DNA of 37,460 bases from Octopus bimaculoides (lineage: Eukaryota): positions 69,101,014 through 69,138,473 of the forward strand of contig NC_068986.1 of the NCBI RefSeq assembly GCF_001194135.2, written 5' to 3'. Positions 11,091 through 22,613 of this stretch are shown here, one piece after another. Numbering within the stretch: position 1 is the first letter of the stretch; every line of letters begins with the position of its first letter. The notes beneath the pieces are model-generated. The model was not told where the DNA came from and did no database searches. It was given only the letters and a program-made list of their open reading frames with translations. The position numbers were made by a program, and so were the translations under genes.

Positions 11091-11984
11091 TTTCTAGCAG
11101 GTAGATGCTCATTAAGCATCATTACGATATTTCATAGCTCCTTAAAGCTATCATAACTGTGTTCCACCCATGCCACTACTGGTGATATCATCAAATTTTG
11201 AATTTATCCACAGATGATATGAACAGTAGTGACATCTAACTTCAAATCTCAGTGTTTGAATATTTCATTTAAATATATATANNNNNNNNNNNNNNNNNNN
11301 NNNNNNNNNNNNNNNNNNNNNNNNNNNNNNNNNNNNNNNNNNNNNNNNNNNNNNNNNNNNNNNNNNNNNNNNNNNNNNNNNNNNNNNNNNNNNNNNNNNN
11401 NNNNNNNNNNNNNNNNNNNNNNNNNNNNNNNNNNNNNNNNNNNNNNNNNNNNNNNNNNNNNNNNNNNNNNNNNNNNNNNNNNNNNNNNNNNNNNNNNNNN
11501 NNNNNNNNNNNNNNNNNNNNNNNNNNNNNNNNNNNNNNNNNNNNNNNNNNNNNNNNNNNNNNNNNNNNNNNNNNNNNNNNNNNNNNNNNNNNNNNNNNNN
11601 NNNNNNNNNNNNNNNNNNNNNNNNNNNNNNNNNNNNNNNNNNNNNNNNNNNNNNNNNNNNNNNNNNNNNNNNNNNNNNNNNNNNNNNNNNNNNNNNNNNN
11701 NNNNNNNNNNNNNNNNNNNNNNNNNNNNNNNNNNNNNNNNNNNNNNNNNNNNNNNNNNNNNNNNNNNNNNNNNNNNNNNNNNNNNNNNNNNNNNNNNNNN
11801 NNNNNNNNNNNNNNNNNNNNNNNNNNNNNNNNNNNNNNNNNNNNNNNNNNNNNNNNNNNNNNNNNNNNNNNNNNNNNNNNNNNNNNNNNNNNNNNNNNNN
11901 NNNNNNNNNNNNNNNNNNNNNNNNNNNNNNNNNNNNNNNNNNNNNNNNNNNNNNNNNNNNNNNNNNNNNNNNNNNNNNNNNNNN

Positions 11985-12019
<35 letters not shown>

Positions 12020-12071
12020 GCTTACTCTTGTGGGTTCGAGGTCGTTGCGCATATATATATATGTAAGCTAG

Positions 12072-12201
12072 AGACTTCTTTCAGGTTCCAATGGCTTTGG
12101 TCGGTCCGAAGGCACTTGCCTGAAGTCCTACACAGTGGTACTGAGCTCGGAACCAAGGTGTCTGGAAGCGAACTTCTTGCCACACAGCCACGTCCGCACC
12201 T
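12072..12201 (-). mobile_element. SINE family A head, internally deleted
   Basis: gacttctttcagg...ggctttggtcggtccgaagg cacttgcc...gaacttcttgccacacagccacgtccgcacc. Confidence 0.8.
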
Positions 12202-12639
12202 GTAAAGATATCTTTTTAAATGCTCATTATCTAAGATGATTAAACTACCTTCAGCTATGACATCAAAATGTCATAAAGACCTATAAAACGAAACCCTATA
12301 CGGCTGTTTTTAACTGAGCCATTCTTAGCGATGATAAAACAGCCACGTTGCAAATTGATTGAAAGTAAAGAAACAAGAATAGATTTCGCTTCTTCTTGTT
12401 CTTCTTCTTTCGATTGTCTGTCTGTTTGTCTCCCTTTCGTATATTTTCGTGATGCATTGCCACGATATGTTCAGACTTGACAGAATTAACTTGGATTAAT
12501 TCCAGACTTTTTATTATAATGATTTTGGTGAGATAACTGATCAAATTGCCAATAAATTAATTGAAAGCACGATCAGTTCTTACTCGGATGCTGATGCTGG
12601 TTCGATGGAAATAGATTTCTTTTTGCCTCATGTGTGTGT

Positions 12640-12679
<40 letters not shown>

Positions 12680-12949
12680 CAGACAGACAGTCTATGAATA
12701 AAAGATTTATATACGTTTGTATGTGTATACATATGTGTGTGTTTGTCAGTATGTGTGTGTTTGTGTGTGTGTGCGAGTGTGTGTGCGTGCGTATATGTGT
12801 GTGTGTTTCTGTGTGTGTGTGTGTATAATATATACATATATATATATACTGGATAATGAGAGAATGAGAGTGCAGGAGGGGGTAGAGAGATAAGAATGAT
12901 AGGGTAAGAGAAATGTTGATATAAGCAACAGAACAATGATAAAGGGAGA

Positions 12950-12994
<45 letters not shown>

Positions 12995-13375
12995 AGAGTG
13001 GCACAATAAGTGAAGAAAAGAAAATTACTGGCATAAGAGGGAGAGAGAGAGAGGGTGAGAGAGTGGAAGAGAGTGGAAGAGAGAGGGTGAGAGAGGTGTT
13101 GATGAAATATACGGAAGGTAATAAAATGAGCTTGTTGTTGATATAGCGTAATGTATAATTCCATCTGATTCCATCTACGTAATCTAGATTTGTTTCTTAA
13201 ACCCAAGACACTGCTTTATTGATTATGTTATCGATTTCGGGTTTCGATAAGAGACTTAAATTCGACTACCACCGCAATTGGCATCCGAAGTAACCGTCTT
13301 ATTGAGTACCGTAAAATCTCGAGACAAGTTCCGTTCTTTACTTCAGATTACGTAGACAAGATAATTGCTGATATT

Positions 13376-13553
13376 GGGGCAGACACGGCTGTATGGTTAG
13401 CAAGCTCGTTTCACAACTACGTGGTTACGGGTTGAGTCTCATTGCGTGGCAATGTCGGCAACTGTGTCTTCTACAATAGCCTCGCCCCGACAATTACTTT
13501 GCAAGAAGATGGCGTGCTAGACAGAAACTGAAAGAAGAGTGTCGTTTGTGTAT

Positions 13554-13652
<99 letters not shown>

Positions 13653-13880
13653 TTTGTCCCCTACCATCGCTTGATAATAAGTGCTGGTGTATTTATGTCC
13701 CCCGCAATTTTGCGGCTTGGTAAAAAGAAAATAAAAAGCCGAATTGAACAAGTTTCAAGCTTTAAAAAAAATGAGTACAGCAATCGATTCATTCGACTAG
13801 AAATTGATGAAGCCGGTGCCACATCATGGCTGCGGTTTCATAATAGAAGGAAGTAAAAGATAAAACATAAAAGATAAAAA
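13376..13880 (+). mobile_element. SINE family A, full length, diverged, with an internal (GT)~47 array at 13556-13649
   Basis: Head, gaaactgaaagaag, (GT)n, then the tail tttgtcccctaccatcgcttga...catggctgcgg...gtaaaagataaaa. Confidence 0.85.
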
Positions 13881-13897
13881 TAAAAAGATGCAGATAT

Positions 13898-14046
13898 AGG
13901 TGCAGGCGTGGCTACCTACACGCAGACGCGGGCGTGGGTTCAGTCCCACTGCATGGCACCTTGGGCCAATATATTCTACTGTAGTCTAGGGCCGACCAAA
14001 TCCTTGTGAGAGGATTTGGTAGACGGAAACTGAAAGAAGCCTGTCG
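13898..14046 (+). mobile_element. SINE family A head
   Basis: ggtgcaggcgtggct...gggttcagtcccactgcatggcaccttgggc...gatttggtagacggaaactgaaagaagcctgtcg. Confidence 0.88.
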
Positions 14047-14086
14047 ATTTTGCAGTTTCCTCTTTTATTTTTGCACCCAAAATATA

Positions 14087-14277
14087 TCAGGTCATCCCAT
14101 AAGTTCTGTTCGAATTTTGAATAAATAAAACAAGTGATCAAATGTTATATTTTATTGAAATTTAATCATCAATGTACTTTCCCTGATTATCTATGACTTC
14201 GTTCCATCGATTTACAAGCTTTTTAATCCCATCAATGTAAAACTCTTTTGATTTCAAAGCGAAGAACTCTGAAATGT
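14087..14277 (-). mobile_element. Mariner 3' end fragment (transposase C-terminus plus TIR)
   Basis: The minus strand reads ISEFFALKSKEFYIDGIKKLVNRWNEVIDNQGKYIDD* (stop 14162-14164). TIR tcaggtcatcccataagttctgttcg preceded by TA at 14085-14086. Confidence 0.88.
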
Positions 14278-14427
14278 CAGGTGGCCATCCCACCGTTAAG
14301 TCAGTGTTTCTAAGGGAACTTTATCTCGTGTTTCAGTAATGTTTCAAGACGGTAGGAGCGTCATGTATCATTTAAGGGATATTTGGCTGCTTTTTAGAGC
14401 AGGTTAGATTACCACATTAAGCCCCAC

Positions 14428-14725
14428 TTTAGATTTTACGACTAGAATTTACCTCCATCTTTCCAGTGTAGATAAAGTGGACAGCCCCCAACCTTCGATT
14501 TTAATGGCTGAATTTACCCTCGATCTTTCCAGTTTAGTTAAACTGGGTAACTCTTTTAGATTTTACTGATCGAATTTAACTTCGATCTTACAGTAATAAA
14601 TAAAGTTCCGTTTTAAGTTCTACTGATCGAATTTATATTCATCTTTTCATAATAGATAAGTCGGTTGTCTCCCTTTAGATTTTACTAGTCGAATTATTCT
14701 TCCATCGTTTTACATCAGATAAAGC
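14428..14725. repeat. Degenerate minisatellite, five units of 57-66 bp
   Basis: Units start at 14428, 14494, 14555, 14612 and 14674 with consensus tttagattttac(t)gatcgaattta..tcgatcttt.cag..tagataaag. Confidence 0.85.
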
Positions 14726-15007
14726 TTATGACTTTGTCTTTATCTTTATATTTTGCAGAGGGTGGATAAAGTGGGTATCTGTATGCGTAACATGCATGGT
14801 TGATTTCCGAAATGTTACATTCTTCCTGAAAAAAAATATGGCTTTGTTGTCTAATAAAGAAATCGATATCGATTAGGCAAAATACATATCGAGACAATAG
14901 AATCATTTAACCTCACCTTCAGAGATAAAACATTTGTTCATATATACATACGTGCAGACACACACACACGGGTGTATACATATATATACTTGCATGTATG
15001 TATATAT

Positions 15008-15049
<42 letters not shown>

Positions 15050-15930
15050 GATGTTTCGCTTGGTTTCATCTTCGATCACTATTGATTAAAAGAAACTTGA
15101 TTTCGATCGGAGATAGAAGCCATCGAAACATATTACACAAAATAAATATTTTAATTTTTTCTTTTTTTTTCTAAAGTGTAAGTTAACAGTCGGTATGAAC
15201 TGTAATACTATTAAGAATAACTCATTTCAAACATTTAAACTATCCAATATACATATAAATAGTCTTAGTGTTTTATTATGATGAACATCTGCGTAAAAAG
15301 GTTCCTTATAACAAAACAGGAATCAGATATATTCGTTAAATTTTAAATAAATCATTACAAGTGTAAGTTTATTGATGTCCAAGCATAAGGCTATTTTTGT
15401 TGTTGCTGTTCTTCATCTTCTATTGTTGTTTTCTTCGTCGTCTTCTTCTTCTTCTTCTTCTTCTTGAGGAAGATGAATACGGCGATTTCTATGATGGTGA
15501 TGAGGAAAGTGACGTTATTTAGATACTGAATGAATACGCGAAGCAGTGGTGGGTATAAATATAAAATTGTTACCAGTTCAAATGGTAACAAGTTTGATGT
15601 TACTTAACTTTATGCTATTATATTATGTTTCATTTTATATTTCATGTGTCTTCCGTGTCCATATCTATAAACAGTCTGTTTCTACATGTTTCTGCATCAT
15701 CAGTATGGAATTATAGATTGTCAGTACATATCAGTATAACTAATTTAGTAATAAGTAAAAAGTAATAAGTATTTTAGATGAAGTTTTCATTCTAAATTGG
15801 GCCAACATAGAACGGAAGCGGAAATGGTGCCATTCATATTTTTAAGGTCAGAGAGAGAGAGAGGGAGAGAGAGAGAATTATTCAATGAATATCTGCTCAA
15901 TTCAAAGCAATCCTTTGAAATTCAGATTTT

Positions 15931-16338
15931 CTTTTATTCTTTTACTTGTTTCAGTCATTTGACTGCGGCCATGCTGGAGCACTGCCTTTAGTAATTTAGT
16001 AACAGAACCCAGGACTTATTCTTTGTAAGCCTAGTACTTATTCTATCTGTCCGTTTTGCCGAACCGCTAAATTACGGTTACACAAACATACCAGCATCGG
16101 TTGTCAAGCGATGGTGGCTGGGACAAACACACACACACACACACACACATAAATATACACATATATGTATATATATGACGGGCTTCTTTCAGTTTCCGTC
16201 TACCAAATCCAATCACAAGGCTTCGGTCTGCCTGAGATTATAGCAGAAGACACTTGCCCAAGGTGCCATGCAGTGGAACTGAACCCACAACCATGCGGCT
16301 TTGAAGCAAGCTTCTTACCACACAGCCATGCCTGCGCC
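15931..16338 (-). mobile_element. SINE family A, full length
   Basis: Tail ttttacttgtttcagtcatttgactgcggccatgctggagcac, internal (CA)/(TA), head ending cacagccatgcctgcgcc. Confidence 0.95.
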
Positions 16339-16683
16339 TAGTACGGAAATTATTTCTTTCCCTGCCTCTCTGCTTGTTGTCATCTATATGATAGTTTGTC
16401 TCCTGTAGATGAAGTGGTTATAAATGCATATACTTTTCTCGTCGCTATATTTCACATACCACGTCTGACGCCCTGTCATTTGAACGCCTTCCTATTATGG
16501 CGTCTATTACATTGTTTTCGGTATACTTAATTGTTTCCGGTATACTTAATTAAGGTAGATTTTAATTAAAATTGTCATCTATATGTAGACTGTTGATTGT
16601 CCAGTTACTGTAGTATTTTTCGTGACATAGCATTAAATGCAGCTGTAACTTGCCTATCTACAATGTATTTAAAATTAGTATAA

Positions 16684-16881
16684 CGCGCAAGAGTAGCTGT
16701 GAGGTAAGAAGCTCGCTTTCCAACCACATGGTTCCGGGTTCAGTCCCACGATGTCGAACCTTGGGCAAGTGACTTCTACTATAGCCTCGATCCGACCAAA
16801 TCTTTGTGAATGGATTTCGTAGACAGAAACTAAAAGAAGCCCATCGTATATATATATGTGCGCGCGCGTGTGTGTGTGTGT

Positions 16882-16923
<42 letters not shown>

Positions 16924-17132
16924 TTGTGTGTCTGTGTTTGTCTCCCCACCATCGCTTGATATCGATGTTAGTGTGTTTAGGTCCCCGTAACCTAGCGGTT
17001 CGGCAAAAAGCGGTAGATAGAGAATAAGTACTAGGCTTACAAAGAATAAGTGCTGGAGCCGATTTTTTCGTCTAAAAGAGGTGCTCCAGCATGGCCGCAG
17101 TCAAATGACTGAAACAAGTAGAAGAATAAAAG
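16684..17132 (+). mobile_element. SINE family A, full length
   Basis: tRNA-like head (gtagctgtgaggtaag; gggttcagtccc), CORE-like ccttgggcaagtgactt, internal (TA)(CG)(TG) tract, tail ending gactgaaacaagtagaaga. Confidence 0.95.
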
Positions 17133-17608
17133 AAACGACTATCATAGATGGCTATTGCTTATTGTATTTCTACATAAGTTTAAACTGCGGAATGAAAATA
17201 AATCATATTTTTGAGTAAAGAAAAAAATACAGGAGAGGAATAAATGATATTTCTCAAGTGAATCAAAAGCGAAGATATCTAAAAAATCATTTAGATTTCT
17301 TTAATATTTCATATTTCTTATATATATATATCAATATCACCGATACCAAAATTTATCAATCTATTTCTATACCTACCTCTCTTTCAATTTATTTGTGCAT
17401 TTGTCTAAATACCCGTCACTCCACGCACACATATATACGTACACTTGTGTGTGTGTGTGTGTATTTATAAAGAGTCAGATACGCAGACAGACAGATAGAT
17501 AGATATACTCATATGTGTATGTATATATGCATGCATTTCCGTACACATAACCACATACATACATATACGCACATATATAATACACACACACACACAGATA
17601 TACATACA

Positions 17609-17653
<45 letters not shown>

Positions 17654-18028
17654 TCATTCATATATGTATATATACACACACACACGCACATATATATACA
17701 TATATATATATACACAAATATACATATATATATATGTATATATATGNNNNNNNNNNNNNNNNNNNNNNNNNNNNNNNNNNNNNNNNNNNNNNNNNNNNNN
17801 NNNNNNNNNNNNNNNNNNNNNNNNNNNNNNNNNNNNNNNNNNNNNNNNNNNNNNNNNNNNNNNNNNNNNNNNNNNNNNNNNNNNNNNNNNNNNNNNNNNN
17901 NNNNNNNNNNNNNNNNNNNNNNNNNNNNNNNNNNNNNNNNNNNNNNNNNNNNNNNNNNNNNNNNNNNNNNNNNNNNNNNNNNNNNNNNNNNNNNNNNNNN
18001 NNNNNNNNNNNNNNNNNNNNNNNNNNNN

Positions 18029-19193
18029 TATTGATAGAAAGGACAACAAAAGAAAGAAAGAGACCTAGATATTATGTAAATAGAGGAATTTATCTGTAAA
18101 AACATATGACACTTATTCGGTATCCATGATAAAACTGCGAGTTTCGGATGCCAGGGTTATCCGGCCATTGAAAATTCCTGTGAAAAATGACCATTAAACA
18201 AAGGGAAATTACTGTGGTTGACCGTTATTAAGACAAAAGACCTATTAGAATGACCGCTAAGTGAGGGGAGGGAGTAAAGGTAAGGAAGTAAAAATGTCCA
18301 TAGTAATCGCGTAAGCGTGCATGTCCATACATACACATGCGCACCCGCATTCCCACGGACATGCACCTATATGTATATACTCATCCACCCTCACTTGAAA
18401 GACACAAATGCTCACTCACACATTCGCACGAAAAAGGCTCATACGCACGTCTATATACACACATACTCGCATGCACGCACACACACGCGTTTATATACGC
18501 ATATACCCTCTCACACACACGCAACCACACGCGCGCAAAAAAATGTGTGTGTATGCGTGCGTGTGTGTATGTGCGTATATAGACGTGTTTTATACTCTTA
18601 TTGGTTATTTTTTTTACACTTTTTTACACATTTTTCTGCATTTTGCCTTTAACCCTGTTTCTTCTCGTGCATGTGTGTATAAAGATGCGTGCATGAACCC
18701 TTTTTGTCCGCATGAGTGTGTGTGCGAGCGTGTATACGGGTATGTATATATTTTTTTACCGTATGTATGGGTGAGCATGTGTGTGTTTCAAGTGAGGGTG
18801 GATGAGTATATACATATAGGTGCATGTACGTAGGTATGCGGGCGCGCATGCGTATATATGGACATGCGTGCTTAGGCGATTACTATGAACATTTTTACTC
18901 CCTTACCTTTACTCCCCCCTTACTTAGCGGTCATTCCAATATCTCTTTTGTCTTAATAACGGTCAACCACACAGTAATGTCCCTTTGTTTAACGGTCATT
19001 TTCATAGCATTTTTTTCGATGGCCCGATAACTGAAGAGATGGCGGCGTGGGTTTCCGCCCCGACATCCGAAACTCGGAGTTTTATCATGGCTACCGAATA
19101 AGTGTCACATATTATATTTACAGATAAATTCCTCTATTTACTTAATATCGAGGTCCCTTTCATTCTTTTGTTGTCTTATCATTTCTATCAATA
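18029..19193. mobile_element. ~1.17-kb fold-back element with arms of about 440 and 525 bp, abutting (TA)n on the right and a microsatellite-bounded N-gap on the left; probable PLE-derived inverted pseudo-LTR pair
   Basis: The left arm (18029 to about 18470) is the reverse complement of the right arm (about 18666-19193), e.g. tattgatagaaa/tttctatcaata, gacacttattcggta/taccgaataagtgtc, gtggttgaccgttattaagacaaaag/cttttgtcttaataacggtcaaccac. The right arm holds a hammerhead. The element class is inferred. Confidence 0.85.
19026..19086 (+). ncRNA. Type-I hammerhead ribozyme motif
   Basis: GAUAA CUGAAGA GAUG-(GCGG..CCGC hairpin)-CAUC C GAAA CUCGGAG U U UUAUC. Stem I is GAUAA/UUAUC, stem III is the near-palindrome ACUCGGAGU, and the GUU triplet gives predicted cleavage after 19081. 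Confidence 0.75.
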
Positions 19194-20345
19194 TATATAT
19201 ATTTATATTTAACATCATAACTCATTTCACAGATAACACATATTAATTGTATGAACTAAGAAGTAACCGTTTGACCCAAAGACTAATATTTCTTTTGCAT
19301 CTAATTAATATCCTTACAGTTTATTTTCGTGCATTTGACCAACGTCAGACACTGGAATGGATGGCCTTTAATCCTTTCGTATTATTTCATAAAATGACCT
19401 TAAAAGATTTTAGCAGTCGACAAATGAGACGAGTCACATCTATTTGTCTCTCTCTCTTTCTTTCTTTTACATTTCCATATTTCTCTTCCTCTCTCTCTTT
19501 CTTTCTCTTTCCCTCTTTTTCCTCTCTGTCTTGTTCGCACTTCCCTTCGTATTTCTCTCTGTGCGTTAACGAACTTCATATAGTTTAAGAATTTGCAAGT
19601 CGATTAGTCATCAGCTGCGAGATACCATTTTCAATTATTCCTGTTTTTGTGCTGTTCCCTGTTGTATTCGGTGTCTCAAAGGCATAGCACCATCCGCTGG
19701 TTTTGACAAGAAATGAATCGCAGATATGAAGATATGATTTCAAATGAACCTTACAGTTAGGAAAATTTCTAGTGTTATTCAGAAGTTAATTAATTCATTG
19801 TGTAGAGTACATTTATTATATTTATATGTAAATTTATGCATTTAAATGTGAGTGTGTGTACGTATGTTCTGTTTTCGAGCTATATATATATATATATATA
19901 TATATATNNNNNNNNNNNNNNNNNNNNNNNNNNNNNNNNNNNNNNNNNNNNNNNNNNNNNNNNNNNNNNNNNNNNNATATATACAGAGTTGAAAAACAGA
20001 AGACAAAGGCAGGTATATGAACAGCAAGTAGGTGTATTAGTTTAATGCTCGGGAAAGTGAGAAAGTCGTTTACGATTCGAGCCAACGCTCTTCAACACAA
20101 AAAAAAATAAGAGAAAATATACAGAGGGATAATTTTTAAAAACTTGTGTATTTAGCGATCAAGCATGGCGGCTGGCTCGGAAATAATGGTTTAACAAGAT
20201 AGGTAGAAAGAAGGAGAGATGATAAAGTATTGGTGATACCAAAGTGAAGGTGCGCGGGCGTATGTGTGTATGTGAGAATATGTAAGTGTGTATGTGTGTG
20301 GATAGGGGCTAGTGATTTTGCCGTATCGATGTGTGCATGTGTAAA

Positions 20346-20532
20346 GCACGAAAATCATAGAAAATAACAGTATGCGAGGAAACGGATAAAGCATTAAAAA
20401 ATAAACCTATAAAGATTATGCTGTTCAGATGCTCTAATACCGTAATCTTTACTATAGCCTAATCTTTATAGGTATGTTTTTTACTTCTTTGTCCGTTTCC
20501 TCGTATACAGTTATTTTCTATGATTTTGGTGC
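20346..20532. repeat. Inverted repeat: 73-bp arms and a ~41-bp spacer
   Basis: gcacgaaaatcatagaaaataacagtatgcgaggaaacggataaag...cctataaagatta versus taatctttataggt...ctttgtccgtttcctcgtatacagttattttctatgattttggtgc. Confidence 0.9.
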
Positions 20533-20713
20533 ATTATGGCGGTTGAATTGAGACCTTGCTTACTGCATCCTTAAAGATTCGTGCTAATTTATATTTTATA
20601 TTTTACAGCTTATAATGCTATTAAACCTGCTATTAAAAATAGTTGCCATAGGTAGTGATAGTATTAACAACAGTAACATCGTATTTCGAATGTAAACTTT
20701 CGAATGTTATTTG

Positions 20714-20748
<35 letters not shown>

Positions 20749-21085
20749 NNNNNNNNNNNNNNNNNNNNNNNNNNNNNNNNNNNNNNNNNNNNNNNNNNNN
20801 NNNNNNNNNNNNNNNNNNNNNNNNNNNNNNNNNNNNNNNNNNNNNNNNNNNNNNNNNNNNNNNNNNNNNNNNNNNNNNNNNNNNNNNNNNNNNNNNNNNN
20901 NNNNNNNNNNNNNNNNNNNNNNNNNNNNNNNNNNNNNNNNNNNNNNNNNNNNNNNNNNNNNNNNNNNNNNNNNNNNNNNNNNNNNNNNNNNNNNNNNNNN
21001 NNNNNNNNNNNNNNNNNNNNNNNNNNNNNNNNNNNNNNNNNNNNNNNNNNNNNNNNNNNTATATATACTCTTTCTTCCTGTTTCT

Positions 21086-21267
21086 GTTGTACCTGTATTT
21101 CAAACGGCCCGCCTTGTCACATTCTGTGTCACGCTGAATCTCCCAGAGAACTACGTTAAGGGTACACGTGTCCGTGGAGTGCTCAGCCACTTGCAAGTTA
21201 ATTTCACGAGCAGGCTGTTCCGTTGATCGGATAAACTGGAACCCTCGTCGTCGTAACCGACGGAGTG
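21086..21267 (+). mobile_element. SINE family C, 3' portion
   Basis: It ends ...gaaccctcgtcgtcgtaaccgacggagtg, whose reverse complement resembles the 34918 end (ctctgtcggctgcgacgac) of the tRNA-headed copy at 34918-35047. I recall it as a common octopus repeat. Confidence 0.75.
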
Positions 21268-21282
21268 TTACTATATATATAT

Positions 21283-21453
21283 GACAGTTTTCCACACGGT
21301 TTCCAGTCGGTGTCCGTTTAACAAATTCGCTCCCAAATCATTTTTCGGCCCTAGGCTCTAGTAGAGAAGACACTTACACAAAGCGCCACACAGTGGAACT
21401 GAACCCGAAACCATGTAGTTGCGAAACGGACTTCTTAGTCACACAATCATGCG
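21283..21453 (-). mobile_element. SINE family A head (diverged)
   Basis: ctagtagagaagacacttacacaaagcgccacacagtggaactgaacccgaaaccatgtagttgcg. Confidence 0.85.
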
Positions 21454-22410
21454 GTATAATTCTAAACAAAAAAAAAGAATATTTTTAAATTTATTTTTCA
21501 ATTCAGATTTATCGATTTCCTGCATTGGCACAATGCCACAAACCTATCCGAGAAAGGCCGTAGTCAGTTGGCATGACCTTTGATATATCAGTGTTAATTA
21601 TTTTATTGATCATAAAATGATGGAAACCAAAGCAAGTTCTGGCATAGTATTAGTCAGAAATTAAAAACAAAGCGTTAACTAAATACTGCAAAGAGTGGCA
21701 CCCCGACTCCACTCTACCAGTTCTGTTATCCAAGTGGCTCCTTCTAAATCAAGTTAATTCTATGGATGAATATTGTTTATTTATTTAACTTGTATTTATT
21801 TATCTTTATTGAAATGAAACAGTGCCAATTGTTGGTCATTTCATGATCAAATGTGTTTGATATTCTTTAACCACAGATCAAAGTTGTCAGAATCTACCAA
21901 CCATCAAAAACGTCCTTATCCTTTCTTTATAAATTTATATTATCAAGCGTGTTCTTTAATTTTCAAAAATGGTAGTGTGGGATATATGCGGGATTTTAGC
22001 TGTTGTTTCTAGTATTATAAATAACCACTTAAAAGCTATCAGTTTGATTCATGTGACACACGGTTAGAGGCCGTCACCATTAATATTTTTATGATTAGTT
22101 CCTGATCAAACAAGATCAATCATATCTATGATGAAAAAACATTGATTTCTATTTTGGAGGTGTGGTATATCTAGAACTACATTCCCTAATCCATGTTTTC
22201 TTCATTTGGATATTTGACTCTTCTTTCTGCCTGTCAAAAGTGTTCGTAAAAGGTGGATCATCTCTATTAATTCTGGTATGATCAGAGCAAGACATATAAT
22301 CTAAAATCTATTAGAAGTGAAAGCAAAGATAAGTCTTTGAATATTCTGTGTATCATTTGATACACATGACATATTTCCCTGGCACCCATGCATCAAATAT
22401 TAGCTTCAAA

Positions 22411-22613
22411 CTTTGGCATAGGGCCTGCAAGTTAGGGGGACGATGTAAGTCGATTACGTCGACCCCAATTTTCAACTGGTACTTAGCTTATCGACCCTGA
22501 GAGGATGAAATGGAAAGTCGATATCGGCAGAATTTGAACTCAGAATGTAAAGACGGACTAAACGCCGCTCAGCATTTTGTTCGGTATACTAACGATCCTG
22601 TCAGTTCGTTGCC
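22411..22613 (-). mobile_element. SINE family B (diverged)
   Basis: gtcgattacgtcgaccccaattttcaactggtactt..ttatcgaccctgagaggatgaaatggaaagtcgatatcggcagaatttgaactcagaatg. Confidence 0.88.

Noticed and set aside
14428-14725. Minisatellite as a CRISPR-like array
   Set aside because: Eukaryotic context, whole units are homologous (no unique spacers), and there are no cas genes.
15476-15532. Acidic peptide EEDEYGDFYDGDEESDVI* after a (CTT)n tract; opposite strand gives a hydrophobic/Lys-rich ORF
   Set aside because: The pyrimidine tract is a microsatellite, the acceptor would be a poor GAG/AAG, and I recognise no homology.
19585-19785. ~67-codon open frame on the minus strand (…LVKTSGWCYAFETPNTTGNSTKTG…)
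   Set aside because: No recognisable domain and weak splice signals; such a frame is expected occasionally by chance. A BLASTX or RNA-seq hit would reverse this.
20040-20100. Minus-strand UUGAAGA-GCGUUGGCUC-GAAUCGUA, hammerhead-like
   Set aside because: Two core positions are wrong, the stem uses core nucleotides, and stem I is absent.
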